The notes beneath the pieces were generated by a model. It had not been told where the DNA came from. It saw only the letters and a program-made list of their open reading frames with translations, and did no database searches. Below are positions 52,676 through 64,000 of a DNA stretch of 64,000 nucleotides, piece by piece. The stretch is from Rhynchobatus australiae (Eukaryota): positions 31,430,477 to 31,494,476 of the forward strand of contig JAUZTB010000062.1 in the NCBI GenBank assembly GCA_034780895.1. The letters are read 5' to 3'. The position numbers and the translations under genes were made by a program. The first letter of the stretch is position 1; each line of letters begins with the position of its first letter.

Positions 52676-53042
52676 GATTGTGTGTCAGAGTCCAGCAGAA
52701 GCAACAAGACTGAAACCACCATGTATTAGGGTTCGTTTTCTCTCTCTCTCTCTCATTTTCTCCACCCATCCCCCATCCTCCCCACCCCCAAGCTTCTCCT
52801 TTTGTTTTCTCCCTGCACATTCCTTAACCATTGACTAGACCTCTTAAGTAGTGTTGACAACAGGAATCATCACTGGATGTAGCAGCAAAAGTTTGGCAAG
52901 AAAAACATTGGAGCAGGTGTCCCACTTCTCTGCAATAATGGANNNNNNNNNNNNNNNNNNNNNNNNNNNNNNNNNNNNNNNNNNNNNNNNNNNNNNNNNN
53001 NNNNNNNNNNNNNNNNNNNNNNNNNNNNNNNNNNNNNNNNNN

Positions 53043-53063
53043 TGTCTCTCTCTCTCTCTCCCC

Positions 53064-53104
<41 letters not shown>

Positions 53105-53140
53105 TCTCACTCTCTCTCTCTCTCTCGCTCCCTCTCCCTC
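53043..53140. repeat. (CT)n microsatellite
   Basis: Seen directly in the sequence. Confidence 0.97.
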
Positions 53141-53369
53141 TCAATCATACGAGCCATTTATTGTTCCATTGAGAACCTATGTGCCAGAGAGCATCAAATT
53201 ATAGCCACCATGAGGTTATGGTGGTTAAAAGTTAAATGCCTGAGATCTCTTAATACTCAGCCCAAGAGAGTAGAAATCAACCCAGTATTAAGAGGCATCA
53301 GTTAACGTTCAGCATGCAGCCACCTCAAACAGTAGACTATGTTCAAGATTGAATAAATCNNNNNNNNNN

Positions 53370-53990
53370 CGGACATCGGTAAAGGCATAGTGAGCTGTGT
53401 AATGGATAGTAGTAGACTGTAAGGGGATTTAGCCTGGTTAATGGAATGAAGAGCTATGTAGTAGATGAAAATTAATGCAATGAAATGTGGTGTGTTATAT
53501 TTTGGTAAGAAGAAAGTGAAGAGCCAATAGGGGGCAATCCTAAAATTGTACAAGAACAGAGAGATCTGGGGATATATTTGCAGAGTTCATTGAAAGTGGC
53601 AGAGTAGGACGAGAAAATGGTGAAAAAAAATTATATGGGCTTCATGCATAGAAGCACAGAGTACAAGAGCAAAGAAGTCATGATGAACTTTCATAAAACA
53701 TCATTCAGCCACAAGTGGAATATTGTGTTCAAGTTTGGGTGTCACAGCTACACAAAAATTATAAAAGCTTTGGAAATGGTGCAGAAGTGTTTAACAAAAT
53801 AATTAGAGAGATGAGGGGCATTAATTCTGTGGATAGACTGGAGGAGCTGAGATTTAAAATCATGAAGGTCACAGACAGAGTAGATGCAGAGAAACTGTTC
53901 CTATTGGTGGAGTGGTCAAGAACCAGGGGTCGTGAGTGTAGGCAATTGGCAAATTAACCATTAGTGATCAGGAAAAACATTTTCCACAGT
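53370..53990 (+). mobile_element. Older CR1 LINE fragment
   Basis: EYCVQVW, IKALEMVQK and EKLFLL...SRTRG motifs, with frameshifts. Confidence 0.85.
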
Positions 53991-54149
53991 GAATGGTCAC
54001 TTTCTGCACTGTACTGGCAATACCAATGACTGTAAATGTATGAGGCTCACTGGTGAACAGAATGATACTGTATGAAACTGTCACACACACACAGAATAAA
54101 ACTGCATGAGAGACTCACAGGCTGACAAAGTGATCCTGTAAAACCTCCA

Positions 54150-54465
54150 TGCGCAGCATAGTGGTACAGCTCATGGAGTCAGTGCCTCACAGTACCACAG
54201 AGCACGCTTTAATCCTGACCTTGGATACCGTCTGCGTGGAATTTGCACCTTCTACCTGCGACCATGTGGGTTTCCTCCCAGATTCCAAAGATGTGTGGGT
54301 TGATAGATTAATTGGCCACAATAAATTACCCTGTTTGTAGGTGGGGGAGCTGATGAGAATGTGCGAAGAAAAGAAAAGAAAATATTGGATTAGTGTGAAC
54401 GGGTGACTGGTGGTTGGCATGGACTCTGTGGGCTGAAGAGCTTGTTTCTGCACTGTATCTCTCTG
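54150..54465 (+). mobile_element. V-type SINE inserted in a degenerate tandem repeat
   Basis: Head, V-domain and CR1-like tail are visible. Confidence 0.8.
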
Positions 54466-57400
54466 ACAGAACAAAGCTGTATGACACACAGAGGAGGACA
54501 GAATGATGCTGTATGAAGCACACAGGTATATGGAGTGATGCTCTATCAGACTCACCCAGGCTGACAGGATAATACTGCAGGAAATTCTCATAAGACTACA
54601 TTGCAGCCAGTGCACGGCCAAACTGAAGAATCCACAGACACCCTTCAGATGTCAGAAGTTGGTTCATGATAGACAAGGCTAGTATTCCCTTGTAAGCTGC
54701 CAAAGCTCGGACTTCACAGTCATTCCCATTATACCCTGTTGTGAGATTAATACACGCACTTTATGAAATAAGTTTTTCTTCATGTGTGCTTTTGGGAAGT
54801 TGCTTTAGCGTGATTATTACAGCTCTAAAGAAAGGGCAACAGTGATGTACCACCAACATCAAGTGTTTAAGGAGTATGAGCTACAATATCAGTCACAAGT
54901 AAGATGGGCTCTGTTTCCTCAGTAACAAACTGGATTATTCCAGTTAGATTAGATTATTCAAACATCTTAGATTATTCCAAACATAATTATCCACTCAGCA
55001 CAGCTTTGTAGGTCGAAAGGCCTGAATTGTGCCGTAGTTTTTTCTAAGTAACAGATGGTTAAAGTGGACGATACAAGTGTTCAAATGACCAGAAACATTT
55101 TGCAAGACAAAATTATGAGAGATCATTTCCTTCTATTTGTGAGTTGAAGACACCATCTCAGCCACCCTATCAGAATAAGTGATAGATTCAGTTACATTTT
55201 TATGTCAGAAGAGTTACATAGAATGTGGAACACGAAATAACAGATGCTAAAATAATCACTGCACTAAAAAAGACACTGAATATTAAAGAAAATTGTGAAC
55301 AAGAACATTTCAAAGTTTAAAAAAAACATCCATTGAGAGTCAAAAATGCTGAAATCCACCTTCTGTGCTTAGATATTTGTGACATATAGAGAGTACATTT
55401 TAGAATGCCACCAAAATTTCTCTTAGTTTTTAAAGTTCAGATTTAGTTAAGAATGGAAAATAAACTGACCCTCACAGAATCAACATCCTGATTTCTATTA
55501 AGGTTACCATTAAATTTATATAAACATGAAGATGAATTCCCTTGCTAGAGTTGTAATATTCTTCATTTTATGTGCAGTCTGCATCTTGAAGCATGTTTAT
55601 AGCTGCAATATTTACAGCCCCCTTTGTAAATNNNNNNNNNNNNNNNNNNNNNNNNNNNNNNNNNNNNNNNNNNNNNNNNNNNNNNNNNNNNNNNNNNNNN
55701 NNNNNNNNNNNNNNNNNNNNNNNNNNNNNNNNNNNNCACCATCACAATGCAGGGAGGAAGCAATAAAATAGAATGTCAAATGGTGTTCAGTGAGAAACTC
55801 CTGGTTAGAAGGCTGGGTCAACAGGAAATAATAGCAGGTTCAAGAACAGCTACTTCCCTTCAACTATGCAGTGTTTGAACCAACCGACACAACCCCAATC
55901 ACTACAATATAGCAAAGCTATGACCACTTTGATTGTTTTTTACTAAAATGGACTTTTTTTGGTTTAATTTTGTTCTTTCTTGTAGAAATTGTGCATAATT
56001 TATGTCTAATTAATGTTTTTCTTGTGAATGTTGCTTTTCTGGTGCTATGAGTCTGTGATGCTGCTCCAAGTAAGTTTCTCGTTGCATCTGTAATAAGCTC
56101 GACTTCAACTTTGATTTTTTTTGACTTTGCATTCTCTCAGATTGTAACCTGTAGAAAGCAATGTGTAAATGAACTAAGAATGGCAATGAATCAATGATCA
56201 ACCTGTTTGCTTGGTCCTCCAGCTCCTGCCATTCTGGGTAGTGTATTGACAAGGAGAGTCAGAGTATCCTCCTACTTCAATTGGGGTGCTATTTTTAATA
56301 TATGAATCAAGGCTGTTTAATAAGTACCTTTCTTTTTATTTACGAAGGGTGACCCAATTTCCCTTTAAATGACAAAATACTTTCAGTCCCCCAGGTTAAA
56401 CATATAACTGTAGAGGTATAGCTGAGTGGTGTATAAACCAGGTTGACTGCATTCAATTCTGTTGGGATGAGTGGCCTTATGGACGGTGTACATATGGGTT
56501 GCTAGAAACTCCTTTGAAAGTTACCAGATGACTTGTTTATTTTTCAGTATGGGTCATCCTGACTCATGGTTCCCAGCTTCCTTGTGCATGCAAGCACTTC
56601 TCCATCACATTACAACCTTCCTTAAGCCCCCTTGTGTAGGTTGGCATCCTACATTCGTGGAGTCTAACTGCAGGACATTTCCGTTCATAAATTGGCTGAG
56701 ATTCTGTCCTCAAGAAGTGAGCTGTGTACAGCTCTTCAGCTACATGTTTAACAGGAAGGGCCGATTATTTTACCTTTTAAAAGGAAAACGGATCACTCTT
56801 TGTAAAAAGAAACAATATTTATTAAACCACATTGAGAAATTGGATCATAAAAAGATCGGAAGCACAGTAATAAACAACTGAAGATGTAATACATGAACGG
56901 ATATAACGATAGAGCTCGGTGAAATAGAATTAGAGTGACTGAAGAGTTTCCTGCAGTGTTGTAAATGATATTATTCAACATCAGGCTCCACAATACTCTT
57001 AGTCAGACCAGGTTGTAATAATAACTTCAACCAGCTGCTCTTTAACATACAGAACATAATTGTAGGCTGTAAATTGATTGAAAAGATAACAAGAGGAGGG
57101 ATATTCAAGGAATGAGATGCCAACCAGCTACTGTGATGGAGGAATATTTATATTGTGATTTTATTGTTCAGTATAATGAGAGACTACATGCAAGGATAAA
57201 GTCAATATACAAAGTGATAATGAACAGATAGAACAAATAGACATAAAATGCATTAGCTACAGGTTGGCAGAACAGTGGATATTACACATTCAAGGTTTTC
57301 AATAATGGATTTATTTCTTTGTAAGCACCTGCCCTTCTCTATTAAACTTCATAGTTAGCATCCCTTTAAAGTAAACAATGAATTAAGATGGTTGTAGAGA

Positions 57401-60400
57401 AGGTAACCATTTCAAAAAACTAAACTGTAGTCTGATATTCCATTTCCCCCTCCTTAGCCATGGCGGAGTATAGTGAAGAGAATGCAAAAGTAGGTTAAGT
57501 GTCTGAGGACCAAAGGGTATGATCTGACATACCTACTGGACAAAGATCACTCAGGCAGGATGGGAACCCACAGTGTAATTGGGGAATGAGAATGAGAGCA
57601 TTAAAGACCATTTACTGAAGCATTGGGAGCAAGTAGAATGTGCAAGGGCAGGTTAGATGAGCTGTAAAAACCTTCTTTGGGCAGGGACAATGGCAGCAAC
57701 GTTTTAGACCAGCTGAGGGTGTGCAAGCTGGAGATGCAGAGAACAGCAAGGGGAATACTTCAAAGGCAAACTCCAAAATGGTGGGGGTACAGATGAGATT
57801 TTCGATAGCAAGGGGTAAGAGCTGTTGTAGAAGCAAGAAATATTTATATTTAACTGACTTCCTGTAATATAAATATGACTTCTGAGAGTACTGCATTGGC
57901 TGTAAAGCATTTTGAGGCATCTTGCAAGATACACAAAAAGTGCTACAATAAATGCAAGCCTTTTCATTTGAATGGCTTAATTGTGTTCAATAAAATTTTG
58001 ACTTACTCAGGTTTGTTGATGAACAAATCAGACGATGTGAAANNNNNNNNNNNNNNNNNNNNNNNNNNNNNNNNNNNNNNNNNNNCGCCAGCAAAATGTG
58101 GAGATTGTTTATTTATTAGTGGTGATATCATCAAGAGGCAGTGTAAATAATGAAGAGAGTGACACCAAAAATGGAGCTCTGGGCCACAACAGAGGCGGTC
58201 TTGTGGACAGAGAAATTAAAACCATTTAGGAGATTGAGTAATGAAGCATCAACAACCTGAAACATTAACTCTGCTTCTCTCTCCACAGATACTGCCTGAC
58301 TTGCTTTTTTTTTATTTTGAGGGACTTGGAAAAAGTATGATTTAATGAAGTCACTACAGATGTGAAGGTACAAAATATTTGATATATGAAAATGGTGAGT
58401 GTTAATTGAAGGGACAGTGGTCGCAAAGACATGCAACTGAAAGGGGATAAAGCTAAAAATTGTGAACAGTTTTTCTCATACAGCTGTAGTTTTAAATTTT
58501 TAAATTTTTAATTTAAATTTAAATTTTAAATTAAATTTTTAAAAAATTTTTATTTACAGTGTGGTAACAGGCCCTTCCGGCCCAACGAGTCCGTGCCGCC
58601 CNNNNNNNNNNNNNNNNNNNNNNNNNNNNNNNNNNNNNNNNNNNNNNNNNNNNNNNNNNNNNNNNNNNNNNNNNNNNNNNNNNNNNNNNNNNNNNNNNNN
58701 NNNNNNNNNNNNNNNNNNNNNNNNNNNNNNNNNNNNNNNNNNNNNNNNNNNNNNNNNNNNNNNNNNNNNNNNNNNNNNNNNNNNNNNNNNNNNNNNNNNN
58801 NNNNNNNNNNNNNNNNNNNNNNNNNNNNNNNNNNNNNNNNNNNNNNNNNNNNNNNNNNNNNNNNNNNNNNNNNNNNNNNNNNNNAACAAACTGCTGGAGG
58901 AACTCAACATGTCGAACAGCATCTGTAGGGACAAAGGAATTGTTGATGTTTTGGGACAGTACCCTGCATCAGATTGAAGTGGAGCCTGGTTTGATGTTCT
59001 TTGTCATCTAAATGGAAACTAAATATGTAAACCAGTACAATAATTATAGGAAATGAACACATTGAACTGTCAAATGTTTTAAAGGGATATCAATCCAATC
59101 TTTGTTAACAACAAGCAAGTTTTGAAAGATTTCTACCTGCTGCTTGGGATTCTTTGGATTGGCAGGTGCACCAGACTGCCTCACAAACCACCTACCTACC
59201 TACCTGCCCTGTCATCCACCCACTCTAGGGAGAAATTTGCAGTTTCCCATATGGCCCCTGTTAGCTACTCAAGGACTGACACAACCTGAGTGGAAATAAG
59301 CTATCCTGGATCAAGGAAGAAGAAGGAAGATGAAAGAAGGCGAAGAAGAAGACACCATATCCTCCTCACTATCAACCCCCTCTACCCACAACCCTGGCAC
59401 CCATCCCACCATCTCTTGTCACCATATCACTACTCCTGTGCTTTTATCCTTTCAGGAAGCCAAAAGCCACAACCTGACCAGGTGGTGGTTGAAGTGCAGT
59501 CAAGTGACACATCACCATCAATTCAGAGAGGGCCATTTAGAGGTGAGTCACTGGACATGTGATCAGCAGTCAGCACAGAGGGAAAGGATGGCCAGATGCA
59601 GGGCTAGGTCACATGTTCTCCTGCAGGAGGCTCAAATTAAGACTCTGATAGGCCAGCCGATAGAAAATGTGTGATACACAGGAAGAACAGCCAACGACAA
59701 TGGGTATCGAAGAATGCAACATCAACCAAGGATTTGAACAGAGCTTGAAGGTCTCACATTCTGATATGGAAATGCTGGTCAATTGCATCAGAGCGCTTGT
59801 GGACCCAACTATGAAGCAGCATTTGAAAGCCCATGACTTAGCTACCAATAAGTTATGAACAGAAGCCACCCAATGTCTGAGTGGTGCAGTTGAAGCTCAG
59901 GTTTCTGTCATGCATACTTAGAATGCTTTGGAATCTGGACTTTATGGGGGCTTATAGGGTTCTGTAGCCAACCAGTAGCTACCTCTGAGGTTGAGGGACA
60001 GCCATGGGAGAGTGTCAATGGAAAACACTCCTGTAAAACTCACATTGGTAGGAGCTTCTATCCAGGAAGAACTTTCTCATCCTTCTTCCTCTTGTAGCAG
60101 TTTGTCTGCTCTGAAAGTCCTTTCCTGAGTCTTCCTGTTACGTTACTCTCCATTAGAAAGGACAGTTAACCAGCTATGTATATGACCAAACAGCACTCCT
60201 CGTAGACTTTGAAAACTGTAGCAATGTTTGGAAACAGTGGACAGTGCTTTATTCCAACTACCATTCCATTCAAAGTGAACAACAACAGACCTTCAAGCAA
60301 TTAAACCCTGTAAATAGTGCCGGAGGAAAAAGCTAAGCATTGAATCCCTTGTGTAAGTTGAACAGAGATTGTTAGCTGGATGATTGTGGTGATATTTTGA

Positions 60401-62399
60401 AGCACTAGTGTCAGTCAACTCACTGATTTCATCACCCACCTACTCTGCAAACTCCTAGGTGAGCAAGTGTGTTGCATACAATATGGAACCCATTACAGTT
60501 TGCACTACAAACGTGTGTGTGTGTGTACCATTGCAAACCAAACAATGGGTGCAAAGCAAAAGACTTTCACAGCAGCTACATCCTTCATGACATCCATTTA
60601 AGAACAGTTCATCCTGTAGCCCCATCAAATGAATTCACAAGTAATCCCTTACAGCAACCAAATTACTGTTCTCTTAAAGCTGTCTTTTCTCCCCCTTTGA
60701 ATTTGGGACTGTCAAAGTTATTCAAATCAAGTGGTGGAATGAGAGAGGCAGAAAAAAAAAGATTTGTTTAATCTTCCATCAAGCTTCCTGGGGGGATTTC
60801 TCACAAACAAGATTTGCAGATATTAGTCCTGTTTGAAGGACATGTATAATTACACTATGTCAATTCATAAATCCTGCTGCTGGTGTCTTCCAGAGCAGCA
60901 TATCAACTCAAAAAGTTAATTAATCCAAAATTCAAAGCTTTTGCAACTCACTGGTCACATTAAAAATTTGATAAAAGAATGTGCTAGGAACCATTTTAAC
61001 AGNNNNNNNNNNNNNNNNNNNNNNAAAAGTAAATGCAGTTTTGATTATATTGCAGTTCCTAATACTGAATCCATTGCCAATTCTAAATCACTCAAATAAC
61101 TGAAACCTCCTCACCTCAAAGTGATCAAAGTGTCCACCAATGTTGAGCTTGGACTCGTTACTCTAAATCATAAAGACCAACACAGTTTAATGACATTGAG
61201 AAGTTCAATTTCTAATTGTTACAATGTCATACTCTAAGCAAAGTTGTCCAACAAGAATTTAAAATGGCTGGCTTTTGGAGGGACACACATGTATTATGGA
61301 GCAAATGCATTCATCACCTCAAACAGACATTTTTGATGGATCATTATTTTGTGTTGGAGCTAAGCCCCACCTTGTGTACATCTCAGACCCCAAATCATCT
61401 GCAAAGGTTGCTGGGCAACTTTGAAGTTCAAGTTTGAAGTTTGCTTTGTTTTTTTTTCCTTTCTGTGCTTTTTGTTTACCTTTTATTAACCTCACCTTAA
61501 CTACATTCGAGTATTAATCTGTCATCATCCACTGATCTAAGAATGTGATCCTCAGTGCAATTCAGTTTTAGTGGATGCTCATGTTTAGTGATCAGTTGTC
61601 CTTTTACAAATTACAATCTATGTGCATCTCTTTTACTAAATGCAATCGTATCAGTCAATAATGTTCATCAAGGAAGTTAAATTGTGTCTCTAATAATAGC
61701 CCATTGTGTCAGAGCAGAAATTAACACATCTACAGTTTTGTAAAATGAAGAAGATAATTTTTGTGTTAGGACAATAACAATGATTGGAGGTGCACCATTA
61801 TTAATCTACAGCTGACAAGAACCTTCCAGCAGCAACTAACAGTCTAAATGTCCATCCAAAGGTAAATTGCTGTATTTGAAGGAGTTGCAGGAGTTGGAGC
61901 TTTCCTACAATTAAAAAGCTGACTGGTGATAGACTGAGCAGACCACTCAACTCACCATCAGTAGTACCTGAGACTGTTGAAGCAGTTTGTGATATTACAA
62001 GCTTGNNNNNNNNNNNNNNNNNNNNNNNNNNNNNNNNNNNNNNNNNNNNNNNNNNNNNNNNNNNNNNNNNNNNNNNNNNNNNNNNNNNNNNNNNNNNNNN
62101 NNNNNNNNNNNNNNNNNNNNNNNNNNNNNNNNNNNNNNNNNNNNNNNNNNNNNNNNNNNNNNNNNNNNNNNNNNNNNNNNNNNNNNNNNCTATCTGGAAA
62201 GTTAGTAACAGAGGACAGTTTTCCAGTGAAATATATAACAGCTTAATCATCAGTACTATACTTTCCATAAATTCATGCTCACAGTAAGGGTACAAAATGA
62301 ATCTTGGTTGCTAAATGTGTAATATAACTGAGGTACGTATGTTGAACTTGTACATCTAACCCAGCCTGATGCAGTTGACAGGGACTAACATTTGACAGT

Positions 62400-62725
62400 T
62401 GACAGTAGCAGAACCACTGCCTCGTAGTGCAAGAAACCTGGGTTCAATCCTAACCTTCGGTGCTGTCTGTGTGGAGCTTGCACGTGCTTCCTGTGGCCAG
62501 TTTCCTCCCATACCCCGAAGCCATGCTGCTTGATAGATTAATTGGCCACTATAAATTGCTCTTAGTATGTAAGTGAGTAGTGGAATCTGGGGATAGTTGA
62601 CAAAAACATAGGGAGAATTGAAAAAGAGGAATAATGTTGGATCAGTGAAAATGCGTGGTTTATGGTCAGTCGAGAGTTAATGGTCTGAAAGTCCTGTTTC
62701 CATACTGCATCTTTCTCTGACTCTA
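62400..62725 (+). mobile_element. V-type SINE
   Basis: B-box gggttcaatcc, V-domain and CR1-like tail. Confidence 0.8.
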
Positions 62726-64000
62726 TAACTAAAGATTTTCACTTCAACTGTTCCAAAGAAATTGAACCTAACTTTAAGGGTGAAAGGACAGTGTCCTAAT
62801 TTGCTGTCATTAAATTCCCCAGCTGATTGTTAAATTTGTTTCCTCTTTGTAGTGTCTGATTAGTATTACCATTAAAAAAAATTCTTTCAACCCTCTCAAT
62901 TTCAGCCNNNNNNNNNNNNNNNNNNNNNNNNNNNNNNNNNNNNNNNNNNNNNNNNNNNNNNNNNNNNNNNNNNNNNNNNNNNNNNNNNNNNNNNNNNNNN
63001 NNNNNNNNNNNNNNNNNNNNNNNNNNNNNNNNNNNNNNNNNNNNNNNNNNNNNNNNNNNNNNNNNNNNNNNNNNNNNNNNNNNNNNNNNNNNNNNNNNNN
63101 NNNNNNNNNNNNNNNNNNNNNNNNNNNNNNNNNNNNNNNNNNNNNNNNNNNNNNNNNNNNNNNNNNNNNNNNNNNNNNNNNNNNNNNNNNNNNNNNNNNN
63201 NNNNNNNNNNNNNNNNNNNNNNNNNNNNNNNNNNNNNNNNNNNNNNNNNNNNNNNNNNNNNNNNNNNNNNNNNCAATTTGCATGGCATTAGGCCAGTCTT
63301 GGATTTATACCCCCATAAATCCTCCATTTGCAGTCAAACTACATTTACTGCCTGACAATTCAAGAGCAAGGATAGAAAAACAAGCACATGTTCAGTGTCA
63401 GGGTAATTTATACCTCATACACTTGAGTTGGTTCAAATCTACATAGGATCACTTTCCCAATGGGAACAAGACAAAGATTTACATACTGGGAGAGGAAAGA
63501 ATACAAAGCATTTCAAAAATAATGTTTTTGTTGCCTTTCTTATTTATCTGTTGGCATAATCAGAAAAATTGCAAAAGTTGATCTACTTTTACTCAGACTC
63601 TGAGTGGTGGAGCAATGGGCATTAAATTTTCTTACTCAACGTTGATATGTAAGTTAATACAATGTGGAGGCTTGTACCGAGCTTATATTTCTACGATATA
63701 TACAGTCCATACATATACAGTCTGGACTATATGCAGTCTAGTGTGTGTAGTACTGGCTATAAGAAAATGACAGTTGCTGTAATGCTAAGCACTGTATTAA
63801 GCACAGTGTTATCAGATTTCTGCTTTATGGGTTGTAGAAGCCCTTGGAACCATCCTGCAGAGCTCCCTGGAGAAGGCAGATATGCCTGCCTGCAGGTACT
63901 AAAATCTGGGTGAGTTCATTCAACGCCTCAACTCCATGGCCACATAAAGAACCGAGAAACTATGCTGGCGAAGAGGATATGAGGCTACAAAAAATTTGGA

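Noticed and set aside
58490-58553. A/T-only quasi-palindromic tract
   Set aside because: Low-complexity tail adjoining a retroelement end.
1-64000. CRISPR arrays, operons or prokaryotic defence systems
   Set aside because: The DNA is vertebrate intronic and intergenic sequence, with no repeat-spacer arrays or long intact non-TE ORFs.

Overview
Eukaryotic, repeat-rich, gap-ridden draft-assembly DNA. Its repeats (tRNA-derived V-type/HE1-like SINEs, Deu-type SINEs, CR1 and L2/Rex1-type LINE 3' ends, Penelope relics) point to a cartilaginous fish (shark or ray); this is an inference from the repeat families. One protein-coding gene is well supported: the first five coding exons of a class B1 (secretin-family) GPCR, best matching the glucagon-like peptide-2 receptor (glp2r), on the minus strand at 26926-26801, 13201-13108, 5889-5785, 4377-4253 and 2416-2310. 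All splice junctions are GT-AG, the phases join into one open frame, and the gene continues beyond base 1. Upstream of exon 1 is a compact octamer / RFX X-box / CCAAT cluster, then a heavily decayed retrovirus-like gag-pol fossil (~28.7-33.7 kb), then ~30 kb of intergenic DNA made mostly of transposon debris. Almost all ORF-track entries are spurious (N-runs, microsatellites, repeats, antisense frames). I found no evidence for a novel multi-gene system. The best leads are the promoter module, a sequon-rich receptor ectodomain, a duplicated intronic element with asymmetric CpG loss, the retroviral fossil and an unidentified GC-rich duplicated segment. All homology calls come from recalled motifs, not database searches, and repeat boundaries are approximate.
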